DNA of 64,000 nucleotides from NCBI GenBank assembly GCA_944326055.1, contig CALVCT010000021.1, positions 6,087 through 70,086 of the forward strand, in the 5' to 3' direction. The position numbers and the translations under genes are program-made. Origin of the DNA: an uncultured Erysipelotrichaceae bacterium (GTDB taxonomy: Bacteria > Bacillota_I > Bacilli_A > Erysipelotrichales > Erysipelotrichaceae). This document shows positions 36,521-46,613 of the stretch, one piece after another; within the stretch, counting starts at the first letter, position 1, and every line of letters begins with the position of its first letter. The notes beneath the pieces were generated by a model, which had not been told where the DNA came from, did no database searches, and was given only the letters and a program-made list of their open reading frames with translations.

Positions 36521-38134
36521 TGTTGGCTCTTCAGGATCGATGAAGATGGTCTTATAATTAGCGATAGAGACAAGACCAGCTTTTGAACCCTTTATCTTTT
36601 TGACATTACGGGCAAGGCAATAGTCGACAGGCACTGATGATGAATAGCGGCCTTTTGAGAAATAAGCGGCGATATTCGCACAGAGACGTAAAGTCTCTTC
36701 ATCAGGGGCATCTGTATCGACACACAGATGTGCACCATGGAAGTTTTGAGCGTGGAACCATGTATAGTTTGGACGAGCATATTTGAAAGTCAAGACTTCA
36801 TTTTGGACATGATTCTTACCGAAAGTTATATGATGACCTTTAAATTCGATCTGGTATAAGTGATAAGTTTCTTTCTTTTTCTTCTTTTGGCCTTTTTTAT
36901 GGTCAGCCTTAAGATAACCGTAGTGAATGAGTTCTTCTTTGATCATTTGAGCATCGTTGAAGTTAGCGATCTCTAATTGTTCGGAAAGTGAATCGAAATA
37001 CTCTAGCTCATCATGAACGATAGCGATCTGCTCATCAAGATAGCGCAAGGAGCGCTTTTTCTTTTGATAGTTGTTGTAGTAGCGGTTCGCATTTTCTTTG
37101 ATGGAAAGTTTAGGATCAAGAGCGATCTTGAGCTTTTCTCCATCATAGCCAAACACCTCTATTTGATCATTTCCTTTGCGCTCTAGATCACCTGACATAT
37201 AAAGGAGGTCACCAAACATCTTAAGATCATCCGCGTTTTTAGCAGTTTCAAGCGTCTCTTCTAGCTTTGACTTCTTTTGTGTGAAATGTTTGATCTGACG
37301 TTTGATGAACTTGAAGAGGTCACCAGTTATCTCTTTGATGCGCGTCTTCTCTTCAAGCGCATAATACAGATGATCAAAGCCATCATCAAGATCATAAGCT
37401 TTATATGGCTTGTTTAAATGTTTCAAAGGTATTAAATGATATTGGTAATTATCTTTGACCTCGCTGATATATAGCTGATCACTTTCTTTTATCTCTTTGA
37501 TGATATCATGATACTTCTCGCCATTATCAATACGGTAATAGACTTCTTTTTGAAGAAGAGGCGAGAAACCCGAAAGCTCTTCGACAAGAGACTTTGAAGT
37601 GTCGATATCTTCGATGCTGAAAGGATCCTTCTTTTTTTGGTCTTCAGGAGCGATAAAGGAAGATCCAGGCCAGATCGTGCGTTTGTTGTTTTCAAAGGGC
37701 GGGATACGCTTAAGGGCATCGATGATCTTATCGTTTTCGTCGACTAAGATGATATTAGCGTATTTGCCCATGAGCTCGATATGTAAGCGCCAGTGTCTTA
37801 CATCGTATAGATCATCTAAAGCTCTGATATAAAAGATGAGATAGCGATCGTAATTCACTTGTTCGATCTTTTCGATGATACCACCGATCAGATGCTTCCT
37901 CAGCAACATGACAAAAGCCCCTGGTTCACCACTTGATGTATAATCCATCTTAGTAAAATGGATACGGTTATAGAGACTGTGAGTCGAGATAATGAGATCT
38001 CTTCTTTTGTTTTGAGCGTGGACATTGATCAAGATATCGTCACTCGATATCTGTGTTATACGATTTATTCTAAAAGGCAGAGCTGCCTCTAAAGATTCTC
38101 TTTCTCTATTTAAGATCATTCCGTCGATTGCCAT
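36500..38134 (-). CDS. rqcH: NFACT-family ribosome quality control protein RqcH (FbpA/DUF814)
   Basis: 544 aa. N-terminus MAIDGMIL...INRITQ, a central coiled coil, and C-terminal DUF814-like WFHAQNFHGAHLCV. Confidence 0.85.
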   Translation of the reverse strand: MAIDGMILNRERESLEAALPFRINRITQISSDDILINVHAQNKRRDLIISTHSLYNRIHFTKMDYTSSGEPGAFVMLLRKHLIGGIIEKIEQVNYDRYLIFYIRALDDLYDVRHWRLHIELMGKYANIILVDENDKIIDALKRIPPFENNKRTIWPGSSFIAPEDQKKKDPFSIEDIDTSKSLVEELSGFSPLLQKEVYYRIDNGEKYHDIIKEIKESDQLYISEVKDNYQYHLIPLKHLNKPYKAYDLDDGFDHLYYALEEKTRIKEITGDLFKFIKRQIKHFTQKKSKLEETLETAKNADDLKMFGDLLYMSGDLERKGNDQIEVFGYDGEKLKIALDPKLSIKENANRYYNNYQKKKRSLRYLDEQIAIVHDELEYFDSLSEQLEIANFNDAQMIKEELIHYGYLKADHKKGQKKKKKETYHLYQIEFKGHHITFGKNHVQNEVLTFKYARPNYTWFHAQNFHGAHLCVDTDAPDEETLRLCANIAAYFSKGRYSSSVPVDYCLARNVKKIKGSKAGLVSIANYKTIFIDPEEPTLEIRSI

Positions 38135-38179
38135 GTAAAAATTATATCATTTTCAGAAAATCTATAGTATGATATTTAC

Positions 38180-38755
38180 ATGAAAAGGGGATTGTTGATA
38201 GTATTTTCGGGACCTAGTGGTGTCGGCAAGGGCACGGTCTTAAGTAAGCTCATGCAGATGAGCGATCTTGATCTTGTCTATTCCGTTTCGATGACCACAA
38301 GAGCACCAAGACAAGGAGAGAAGGATGGCATAAATTATTTCTTTGTAAGTGAAGAACGCTTTAAAGAAGCTATCTATGATAATGAACTCTTGGAACATGC
38401 TTATTTCGTCGATCATTATTATGGTACACCAAAGGCTTATGTAGAAAAGATGCGTAATGAAGGACATAATGTCGTCTTAGAGATCGAAACGGTCGGGTCA
38501 AAGCAGATCATGAATGCTTATAAATATGATGATCGTTGTATCTCGATCTTCCTTACACCGCCTGATATGAAAGAACTTGAAGCACGTATACGCAAGAGAT
38601 CGACTGAAAGTGAGAAGACGATCGAAAAGCGTGTACTTAAAGCGACACAAGAATTGCGCGAGACTTTCCGTTATAAATACGTCGTCTGCAATGAAGATGT
38701 CGATGACGCTGTGGAGAAGATCGCCGATATCATCAAAGAGAATATCGCTAAATAG
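38180..38755 (+). CDS. gmk: Guanylate kinase (canonical copy)
   Basis: GPSGVGKGT P-loop, SVSMTTRAPRQGEKDGINYFFVS, and R-rich lid LEARIRKRSTESEKTIEKR. Confidence 0.9.
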   Translation: MKRGLLIVFSGPSGVGKGTVLSKLMQMSDLDLVYSVSMTTRAPRQGEKDGINYFFVSEERFKEAIYDNELLEHAYFVDHYYGTPKAYVEKMRNEGHNVVLEIETVGSKQIMNAYKYDDRCISIFLTPPDMKELEARIRKRSTESEKTIEKRVLKATQELRETFRYKYVVCNEDVDDAVEKIADIIKENIAK

Positions 38756-38756
38756 A

Positions 38757-38785
38757 AGAGCAGCTGATCAGCTGCTCTTGTTTTG
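38757..38785 (+). terminator. Terminator after gmk
   Basis: AGAGCAGCTGATCAGCTGCTCT followed by TGTTTTG. Confidence 0.7.
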
Positions 38786-38854
38786 TGTCTAGCTATATCG
38801 TACTTTATCAAGATCGATAAAGTTATGATCTTGGATCAAAGATCATGGTCTTTC

Positions 38855-38882
38855 ATAAAAAAGCGGTCGACCTGACCGCTTT
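38855..38882 (-). terminator. Terminator after rpsD
   Basis: Minus strand: AAGCGGTC-AGGTC-GACCGCTT followed by TTTTTAT. Confidence 0.7.
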
Positions 38883-38888
38883 GACTCA

Positions 38889-39494
38889 TTATCTGTTGTA
38901 GTATTCGATGACGAGTAATTCGTTGACTTCTGGATTGAGTTCCTTTCTCTCTGGTAGACGGACATAAGTACCTTTCTTATTTTCCTTATCGACAGAGACG
39001 AAGTCTTTAGTTGAGATCTGTGCTTCTAGCGCATCGTTGATGATCTGTAAGTTACGTGATCTTTCTCTTACTTCAACTACTTGACCTGGCATTACTCTGA
39101 ATGATGGGATATCGACTTTCTTACCATCAACTAAGAAGTGGCCGTGGTTGACAAGCTGTCTAGCTGCACGTCTAGTTGGAGCAAAACCCATACGATAGAC
39201 GATGTTGTCTAATCTTGATTCAAGTAAGATGAGTAAGTTTGTGCCTTTGACACCGCTCATCCTTGATGCACGGTTGAAAGTGTTGAAGAACTGTTTCTCG
39301 CTTAAGCCATACATATGGCGGATCTTCTGTTTCTCAGCTTTCTGAAGACCGTAGTTCGATAATTTTACTTTCTTGGTCGCTGAACCATGTTGACCTGGAA
39401 TATAGCGTCTTTTTGTTAGTTCTTCGCCAGTCTCTAAGATCGAGAAGTTGAGACGACGAGAGATGCGCCATACTGGTCCCGTATTTCTTGACAT
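38889..39494 (-). CDS. rpsD: 30S ribosomal protein S4
   Basis: 201 aa, [15 protein letters not shown]...; S4 domain [29 protein letters not shown]. Confidence 0.95.
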   Translation of the reverse strand: MSRNTGPVWRISRRLNFSILETGEELTKRRYIPGQHGSATKKVKLSNYGLQKAEKQKIRHMYGLSEKQFFNTFNRASRMSGVKGTNLLILLESRLDNIVYRMGFAPTRRAARQLVNHGHFLVDGKKVDIPSFRVMPGQVVEVRERSRNLQIINDALEAQISTKDFVSVDKENKKGTYVRLPERKELNPEVNELLVIEYYNR

Positions 39495-39655
39495 TCTTTT
39501 TTCCTCCCTTTGTCTTTATCGCTAAAGTAAGGTGTGAATCATATTCAGGAGTGTCGATATTGAGCTTTCATCAAGTGCAGCTGACTACTTACTACCTAAG
39601 GCGGTATCGACGCTTTGCTGACTACTTCACATGCTGCATTACTAAGCGCCTTAGA
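39495..39655 (-). promoter_or_regulatory. Long structured rpsD 5' leader (possible S4 autoregulatory element)
   Basis: About 160 nt between a TTGTAT-17-TAATAT promoter-like element (39656-39684, minus strand) and the GGGAGG RBS. It contains the 8-bp pairing CTAAGGCG/CGCCTTAG, the repeat AGTAGTCAGC twice, and TGCAGC/GCTGCA pseudoknot potential. The predicted transcription start would clip the 5' arm, so the promoter call and the structure call conflict. Confidence 0.3.
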
Positions 39656-39791
39656 ATATTAGCATATTTAAAGTTGATATACAAGGAAAACCGCTAAAAG
39701 ACATCAACAGTAAATACTCGATGACGCATTCGTATCATAGCTTTTATTTTGTGCTGATACGTTCTTGAAAAATGCTCTTTAGCTGGCTAAA

Positions 39792-41306
39792 ATGAGCGTC
39801 GTGATAAAAGAAAGTAAAGAAAGACTGGATGTAAGACTATTAGTGTCTGGTATCATCATCGGTCTTACAAGCGGTCTTGTCGTCGTCGTATATCGTTATC
39901 TTTTAGCGAAGATCGAAGAGCTCATCGCTTTTATAGCCGATCTTGTCCATAAAGATCTGATGGTCCTTTTACTATATGCTTTGGTGCTTTTGATCGTTGG
40001 GCTAATTCTTCATTACTTCATCAAAAAAGAAAAGCTCATATCAGGCAGCGGTATACCACAAGTGGAAGCCGAGATCTCAGGGCTCATAACTAGCGATCAT
40101 CCTAAAGTCTTAGTATATAAGTTCTTTGGTGGCATACTCAGCGCATTAGCTGGTCTCTCTTTGGGACGAGAAGGGCCTAGTATCCAGATCGGTGCGATGG
40201 TCTCAGGTACTATAGGCAAGAAGTTCAAGATATTAGATAAAGATCTATTGCTTACATCAGGTGCTGCATCAGGTCTAGCAGCTGCTTTCAGCGCACCTTT
40301 ATCAGCAGTCCTCTTCTCACTAGAAGAGCTACATCGTAATTTCAATACTAAGGTACTGATCGTGGTCATGGCTAGTGCAGTCAGTGCTGATTTTATCGCT
40401 TCATATATCTTTGGTATGCAAGCGACATTTGATTTTATGATCTCAGGTACTATCGCCCTAAAGTATTATCCCTATGTCTTGATCTTGGGCATCATCACTG
40501 GTCTTATTGGTGTCTTCTATAATAATGTGACACTCTTAACACAAAGACTCTTTTTAAGGCTCCCATCATATCTGCGTCTTGGGATACCGCTATGTCTAGC
40601 GATAGTCTTATTATATGGAGCACCGATGTTACTTGGAGGAGGACACCATCTTTTAGCTTATATCACGATCGATTCATCTATATGGTTATTGATAGTATTA
40701 TTGGCTATGAAATTGATCTTCTCGTTTGTAAGTTTTGCAAGTGGAGCACCTGGTGGTATCTTTTTTCCACTTTTAGTGAATGGAGCTTTAGTGGGAGCGA
40801 TCTTTGCCTTAATTTTGATCGAACTTGGTCTTATCGATACATCGACTTTTTATCATTTCGTTACTTTAGCGATGGCTGCTTATTTTACAGCGATCGTTAG
40901 AGCACCTATCACTGGCATCATCCTCATCTTTGAGATGACCGGCAACATCACTAACCTCTTGCCTTTGATCTTATGTTCGATCATTGCTTATCTTGTGGCT
41001 GATCTTTTAAGATGCAAGCCGATCTATGAGAGCTTACTTGAAAGATATGAGGTAAAAGAGGGGACAGAAGCTTATGAAGTAAAGACGATCACGCTTTGTG
41101 TCGAGTATGGAAGTAAAGCTATCGGTAAGGCGATCAAAGATATCAAATGGCCAAAAGGTGCTCAGATCGTCAAAGTCGAAAGACATGGAAAAGAGATCAT
41201 CGCTTCAGGTGATCTGATCTTGGCATCTTCCGATATGCTCGATATCAATGTGGATATCGCTCTAGAAGCTAAGATACGCGAAGAGCTCGACTCTATCTTG
41301 CGTTAA
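39792..41306 (+). CDS. ClC-family chloride channel/antiporter with a C-terminal TrkA-C (RCK_C) domain
   Basis: 504 aa with ClC signatures GSGIPQVE, GREGPSIQIG and GGIFFP. The C-terminal roughly 85 aa are soluble and RCK_C-like. Confidence 0.85.
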   Translation: MSVVIKESKERLDVRLLVSGIIIGLTSGLVVVVYRYLLAKIEELIAFIADLVHKDLMVLLLYALVLLIVGLILHYFIKKEKLISGSGIPQVEAEISGLITSDHPKVLVYKFFGGILSALAGLSLGREGPSIQIGAMVSGTIGKKFKILDKDLLLTSGAASGLAAAFSAPLSAVLFSLEELHRNFNTKVLIVVMASAVSADFIASYIFGMQATFDFMISGTIALKYYPYVLILGIITGLIGVFYNNVTLLTQRLFLRLPSYLRLGIPLCLAIVLLYGAPMLLGGGHHLLAYITIDSSIWLLIVLLAMKLIFSFVSFASGAPGGIFFPLLVNGALVGAIFALILIELGLIDTSTFYHFVTLAMAAYFTAIVRAPITGIILIFEMTGNITNLLPLILCSIIAYLVADLLRCKPIYESLLERYEVKEGTEAYEVKTITLCVEYGSKAIGKAIKDIKWPKGAQIVKVERHGKEIIASGDLILASSDMLDINVDIALEAKIREELDSILR

Positions 41307-41367
41307 GTACCTTTATTATACACATAGATTGTGCTAAAATGACAAAGTAAACAAGGGAGGTAGGATC

Positions 41368-43071
41368 ATGCCACTTGAAGCATATATCGCCATATTATTA
41401 GTTCTTGGCTTGATAATATTATTCATCATCATCTTCAAAGTGAGAAGAGGCTCGATCAAGAGTGATGTCCGTGATCTAGAAGTTAGATTCAATGCGATCA
41501 AAACTGTACCTCTGGCTTTTAAGCTCAATAAAGCTACATATATCGCCAAGATCAATGATGAACTAGCTAAACAAGTCGAAGATCATCGTCCACGTTTTGA
41601 AAAGGCACAGAATGACATCGATGCGATCCAAAAGATGATGGAAGAGCTAGATGATCTGATGGACGCCAAAAAATATAAAGCCGCTAAGGCGAAAGTCGAA
41701 GATATCGAATATAAGATGAAGGAAGCCGAGAAAGAAGTCGAAGAAGTCGAGAACTTCCTTGATTCGATCACGCAAAAAGAACAGATCCAACGCGAGCACG
41801 CCAATGAACTCAAAGAACAATACCGTGAGATCAAACAATCTGTCGCTAATAGTGCTGGTGAGATGACGATAGCACTTGAAGGCGTTGAGGCAAAACTTAA
41901 AGAATGTGAGACGCTCTTCTCTTCTTTTGAAGAGCAGATCTACGCTAATGAATTCATCAATGCATCTGAAGACTTAGAACGCATCAACGACAATCTCGAT
42001 ATGATCAAAAGAGCGATAGGTGATATACCTGCATTGGTCCAAATGGCTAAGGGTACTTTACCAACGCTCATAGAAGAAGTTGAAAACTATTATCTCAAGA
42101 CGAAGGCCAAGGGCATCTGTACCAATCATATCAGTGTCGAACTAAAGCTCAAAGAGATCGCTGATAACGTCAACCGTTGTATCAAAGAGATAACTAGTGC
42201 CAATACTGAAGGTATGAAAGAGAATCTAGATGATTATCGCACACAACTTGAGACGATCTTAGATGCTTTAACAAAAGAGAACCTTGCCTATGATGATCTT
42301 AAACGAGTCTCGATCAAGATCGATCAAGATCTAAGAGATATCGAGAAGACTTATTATTATATCAACCAAGTATATGCAAAAGACTATGAGCGTTATGATC
42401 TCAAAGGATTGAGTGAAGTGATCACTGATACACCGATGACGCTTGATAAGTATCGTAAAGCTTTTGAAGATATCGGTACCTCACTGAAAAAAGGCATAAC
42501 TCCATGTTCAGTAATACTAGAGAAAGCAAAAGGACTAGCTGATGAAGTGGCTAAGACTTTAAGTGGACTCTTGGATCATAAACATGCGATCGACAAGACA
42601 TCTAATGATGAAGCTCGTGCTAACAACCAGATCGTCAAATTACAGATCGTTTTAAATGAGATCGAAGTCAAGACGGCTGAATATCGCTTACAGTCGATAT
42701 CCGATACCTATAAAGCCGATCTTAAAAAGAGCCACGATTATATCAAGGAGATCAAGCGTCTACTCAAAGAGATACCGCTCGATATCAAAAAGCTCAACAC
42801 GACTCTTGATGAAGCGATCGATTTCATCTATAAGCTATATAACTCTGTCAATAATGTTGTTGGAGCAGCTGTGCTCGTCGAAAGTGCTATCATCAATGGC
42901 AACAAGTATCGTTCGACATATCGTGAAGTCGATACTGAACTATCGAAGGCAGAATTCAGTTATATGAACGGTGAATACACACAAGCCTTAAGGACAGCCT
43001 TTGCGTGTATCGACAAGCTCTTCCCAAAAGATAGTGACAAGAAGATCGCTGAATATGCAAAAGGCATCTAA
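41368..43071 (+). CDS. ezrA: Septation ring formation regulator EzrA
   Basis: 567 aa with a single N-terminal TM helix followed by a long coiled-coil-rich body. Conserved Bacillota position next to cysteine desulfurase-thiI. Confidence 0.8.
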   Translation: MPLEAYIAILLVLGLIILFIIIFKVRRGSIKSDVRDLEVRFNAIKTVPLAFKLNKATYIAKINDELAKQVEDHRPRFEKAQNDIDAIQKMMEELDDLMDAKKYKAAKAKVEDIEYKMKEAEKEVEEVENFLDSITQKEQIQREHANELKEQYREIKQSVANSAGEMTIALEGVEAKLKECETLFSSFEEQIYANEFINASEDLERINDNLDMIKRAIGDIPALVQMAKGTLPTLIEEVENYYLKTKAKGICTNHISVELKLKEIADNVNRCIKEITSANTEGMKENLDDYRTQLETILDALTKENLAYDDLKRVSIKIDQDLRDIEKTYYYINQVYAKDYERYDLKGLSEVITDTPMTLDKYRKAFEDIGTSLKKGITPCSVILEKAKGLADEVAKTLSGLLDHKHAIDKTSNDEARANNQIVKLQIVLNEIEVKTAEYRLQSISDTYKADLKKSHDYIKEIKRLLKEIPLDIKKLNTTLDEAIDFIYKLYNSVNNVVGAAVLVESAIINGNKYRSTYREVDTELSKAEFSYMNGEYTQALRTAFACIDKLFPKDSDKKIAEYAKGI

Positions 43072-44176
43072 GATCTATCTCGATCATGTATCGACTAGTG
43101 CTATCGATGAAGAGGTACTAGCTACTTATACAAGACTACTCAAAGACTACTACAACAGTGACGCTCTATACGAAGATGGCGTCACTGTCTATCGTAATCA
43201 AGAAAAGAGCCGTACTTTGATCGCTGAAATGTTAGGTGTGAAGTATGAAGAGATCATCTTTACAAGCGGTGCTTCAGAAGCGAACAATCTAGTGATAAAA
43301 GGACTTAGTCTACTACATCAAGGTGGGCACATCATCTCTTCTAGCTATGAACATTCAAGCGTTGATGAAGCTTTGAAACAAGTCGCGAAGTATCTTGGAA
43401 TCAAAGTCACTTATCTTAATCCTAAAAAAGATGGGAGCATCGATCCTTTAGATGTCAAGAATGCTTTAAGAGATGACACTTTCTTAGTGACGATCATGAT
43501 GGTCAATAACGAGATCGGAGCGATAAACGATATAAGTGCTATCCATAAAGTCATAAAAGATAACGCCAAAGCTCTCTTTCATAGTGATATGACGCAAGCA
43601 TTAGGCAAGTGTGAGATATGCCTCAAAGATGTGGATATGGCCTCTTTTAGTGCTCATAAGATCCATGGTGTCAAAGGTAGTGGTTTCTTGTATAAAAGAA
43701 AACATATCGAAATTGCACCCTTGATCAGTGCTGGCCAACAAGAATTCCATCTTCGAGGAGGCACATCTAATAGCCCAGCTAATATCGTCTTAGCGAAGAC
43801 TATTAGAAAGGCTTTAAAGGAAAGGGAGACATATGGCTCTTATATGCAGGATCTGCATAGCTACGCACTTGAACAGTTAGCCAAGATACCTGATGTCACG
43901 ATCAATAGTCCAAAGGACGGTGTATTTGGACTCATCAATATCAGTACACCAGTCAAGACAGAAGTTATGATCAATGCGCTCGATCTCCATGGTATCATGG
44001 TCTCAGGCAAGTCGACTTGTGGATCAAGAGAAGATGAGCCATCACATACCTTAAAGGCGATGCACATCGATAGTGAATATGCACTAAGGATATCTTTTGA
44101 TCATACGATGACAAAAGAGAAGATCGACATTTTTATCAAATACTTAAAGGAGACGATAGATAGATATGCAAGATAA
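43055..44176 (+). CDS. Cysteine desulfurase (class V aminotransferase, NifS/IscS-like, ThiI partner)
   Basis: ORF 43001..44176, with the start moved to ATG 43055 (MQKASKIYLDHVSTS). Motifs FTSGASEANN, SAHKIHGVKGSG (PLP lysine) and GKSTCGS. Confidence 0.85.
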   Translation: MQKASKIYLDHVSTSAIDEEVLATYTRLLKDYYNSDALYEDGVTVYRNQEKSRTLIAEMLGVKYEEIIFTSGASEANNLVIKGLSLLHQGGHIISSSYEHSSVDEALKQVAKYLGIKVTYLNPKKDGSIDPLDVKNALRDDTFLVTIMMVNNEIGAINDISAIHKVIKDNAKALFHSDMTQALGKCEICLKDVDMASFSAHKIHGVKGSGFLYKRKHIEIAPLISAGQQEFHLRGGTSNSPANIVLAKTIRKALKERETYGSYMQDLHSYALEQLAKIPDVTINSPKDGVFGLINISTPVKTEVMINALDLHGIMVSGKSTCGSREDEPSHTLKAMHIDSEYALRISFDHTMTKEKIDIFIKYLKETIDRYAR

Positions 44177-45365
44177 TACATATGACTATATTCTATGCCG
44201 CTTTGGCGAACTTACGACTAAAGGTAAGAATCGTAAAGATTTTATCAACAGATTGCTTATAAATATAAAAGAGCGTTTGAAGACTTTTTCTGGACTGACA
44301 TATGAGAAGACGCACGATGCGATCTATATCCACCTCAATGGCGAAGACTATGAGAAAGTTTGTGCAAGATTACACACTGTATATGGTCTTAGCAACTACA
44401 GCGGGGCGATCAGATGTTCAAGAGACATCGAAGAAGTAAAAAAGAAGGCTCTACTTCTTGCAAGTAAGCGTGACTATCAAACATTCAAGGTGAATGCCAG
44501 AAGATCTGACAAGAACTACCCTTTGGATTCTGATACGATCAATCGAACTGTAGCAGCTCATATCTTGAAAAACAGCTCACTCAAAGTCGATGTCCATAGA
44601 CCGGATCTTATGATCTACATCATCGTCAAAGAAGATCGTATCTATCTTCTAGATGAGAAGGTCGTGGCGATAGGTGGTTATCCTGTCGGCATCAATGGCA
44701 AAGCCCTCATCATGATGTCAGGTGGTATCGATTCACCTGTAGCTGCCAGTATGATGATGAAAAGAGGTCTTAAGATCGAGTGCTTGCACTTCGCTTCGAT
44801 GCCTTATACTTCAAAACAAGCCCTCGATAAAGTCTTGACATTAATCAAAAAGCTCACGGCTTATCAAAGCGAGATCAAGATCCATGTCGTACCATTTACT
44901 GATCTGCAATTAGCGATCTATGATCATACAGATGAATCGTATGCGATCACGATATTAAGAAGGATGATGTATCGTATCGCTGATATCATCTGTAATAGAA
45001 GACATATCATGACGATCGCAAATGGCGAAAGTATCGGTCAGGTCGCATCACAGACGCCAGAGTCATTGACTGTTATTGGCTCTTGTGCGAAGCATCTCAT
45101 CATTAGGCCACTCGCATGTCTTGACAAGATCGAGATCATCGATATGGCTAAAGAACTTGATACTTATGAGACATCGATCTTACCTTACGAGGACTGTTGT
45201 ACGATATTCTCACCTAAGAACCCTGTGACTAAACCACATGAAGACAAATGTCTATATTATGAATCGAAGTTTGACTATGCAGCACTTATCGAAGATTGTG
45301 TCGCTAATATTGAGACGATCACGATATCAAGTGATGATATAGATGAAGAAGATGATCTATTCTAA
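44166..45365 (+). CDS. thiI: tRNA 4-thiouridine synthase ThiI
   Basis: 399 aa with N-terminal RFGELTTKGKNR (THUMP region) and PP-loop MMSGGIDSPVA. Confidence 0.9.
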   Translation: MQDNTYDYILCRFGELTTKGKNRKDFINRLLINIKERLKTFSGLTYEKTHDAIYIHLNGEDYEKVCARLHTVYGLSNYSGAIRCSRDIEEVKKKALLLASKRDYQTFKVNARRSDKNYPLDSDTINRTVAAHILKNSSLKVDVHRPDLMIYIIVKEDRIYLLDEKVVAIGGYPVGINGKALIMMSGGIDSPVAASMMMKRGLKIECLHFASMPYTSKQALDKVLTLIKKLTAYQSEIKIHVVPFTDLQLAIYDHTDESYAITILRRMMYRIADIICNRRHIMTIANGESIGQVASQTPESLTVIGSCAKHLIIRPLACLDKIEIIDMAKELDTYETSILPYEDCCTIFSPKNPVTKPHEDKCLYYESKFDYAALIEDCVANIETITISSDDIDEEDDLF

Positions 45366-45377
45366 GGAGGAAAAATC

Positions 45378-46613
45378 ATGGATCACAAAAGAAGACGTGA
45401 AAGACTGTGTGAAGTCCTTAAAGATGGCGAAGTCATCCTGATCTTTTCAGGAAAGAGCCCAATGTGCTCAGAAGATGAAGCTTATCCTTTCTCTGTCGAT
45501 CGCAATTTCTATTATCTGACAGGCATCGATCGCGAAGCGATGGTGCTCTGCCTCTATAAGACGAATGGTCAAGTGCGCGAGACGATGTTTATCGAGCCAT
45601 ATGATGAACTGATGGCTAAGTGGGTCGGACCAAAACTGAAAAGCGATGAAGTCAAGGAGATCAGCGGTGTCCAAAACGTCATGTATCTTGATGAGCTCAA
45701 GCCTTTCATCAACCGTATCAATACCTATGATCAATCATACTCACATATGAGCGTCTACCTTGATCTGTGGCGTTATGAATTTGATCAGCAGGCAAGTGAA
45801 GCTGAGAAGTTTGCTGATCATCTCAAAGCGACTTATCGCGATGTAGAGATCAAAGATATCCGTGGCACTATCGCTAAGATGCGTATGATCAAGGATGCCG
45901 ATGAGATAGAAGAGATCAAGAAAGCGATCGCTATAACGAAAGATGGCGTCGAAGCCATGATGCGTTTCATGCGTCCGGGTATCAATGAGATGGTCATCGA
46001 TAAAGTCTTTGATCTGACATTAGCGACAAGAGGTTGCCAAAAGGTAGCTTTCAAGACGATAGCTGCTGGTGGTCAAAGAGCGACGACTCTCCACTATAGT
46101 GATAATGATCAAGTTCTTGAAGATGGAACGCTCTTCTTGTGTGATCTTGGAGCGACATCAAAACTCTATTGCGCTGATATATCTCGCACTTTCCCTGTAA
46201 ATGGCAAGTTCACAGCTCGTCAAAAAGAGATCTATGATGCTGTTTTGAGCGCTCAAAAACTAGTCACATCTTTAGCGAGACCAGGCGTGACGATACGCGA
46301 ACTCAACGACGCCGTCAAAGAGCATTATCGTAAGTTACTACCAGAACTTCATCTTACTGGCGAAGTCGAAGACTATTATTTCCATGGGATCGGTCACCAT
46401 CTAGGACTCGATACACACGACATAACGAATGTTGAACTATCGAAACTTGAGCCAGGTATGGTCATCACTAATGAGCCAGGTCTCTATATAGCTGAGGAGG
46501 GCATCGGTATCAGGATCGAAGATGATCTATTGATCACAGAAGATGGCTGTATCGATCTAGCTTGCGACCTTCCACATACGACAGAAGAGATCGAAGCTCT
46601 TATGAAGCGCTAG
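45378..46613 (+). CDS. Xaa-Pro aminopeptidase (M24B, PepP/YqhT-like)
   Basis: 411 aa. Motifs FLCDLGATSKLYCADISRTF, HGIGHHLGLDTHD, VITNEPGLY and IRIEDDLLIT. GGAGGA RBS. Confidence 0.85.
   Translation: MDHKRRRERLCEVLKDGEVILIFSGKSPMCSEDEAYPFSVDRNFYYLTGIDREAMVLCLYKTNGQVRETMFIEPYDELMAKWVGPKLKSDEVKEISGVQNVMYLDELKPFINRINTYDQSYSHMSVYLDLWRYEFDQQASEAEKFADHLKATYRDVEIKDIRGTIAKMRMIKDADEIEEIKKAIAITKDGVEAMMRFMRPGINEMVIDKVFDLTLATRGCQKVAFKTIAAGGQRATTLHYSDNDQVLEDGTLFLCDLGATSKLYCADISRTFPVNGKFTARQKEIYDAVLSAQKLVTSLARPGVTIRELNDAVKEHYRKLLPELHLTGEVEDYYFHGIGHHLGLDTHDITNVELSKLEPGMVITNEPGLYIAEEGIGIRIEDDLLITEDGCIDLACDLPHTTEEIEALMKR

Noticed and set aside
38824-38846. Inverted repeat ATGATCTT-GGATCA-AAGATCAT between gmk and rpsD
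   Set aside because: It sits between two convincing terminators. It is built from the genome's ubiquitous GATC-containing words and has no associated promoter or gene.
39488-39697. 69-aa plus-strand ORF opposite the rpsD leader
   Set aside because: It is antisense to the rpsD RBS and leader, with no RBS and an implausible composition.
39685-39791. Looked for a fluoride riboswitch upstream of the ClC gene
   Set aside because: None of the conserved fluoride aptamer blocks is present in this spacer.
39765-39793. Near-consensus TTGAAA-17-TAAAAT whose -10 overlaps the ClC gene ATG (39792)
   Set aside because: A transcript from it would exclude the annotated ATG; the next in-frame start would be a GTG at 39801 with no SD. 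I cannot decide between a coincidental AT-rich match and a mis-set start, so it is not reported as a feature.
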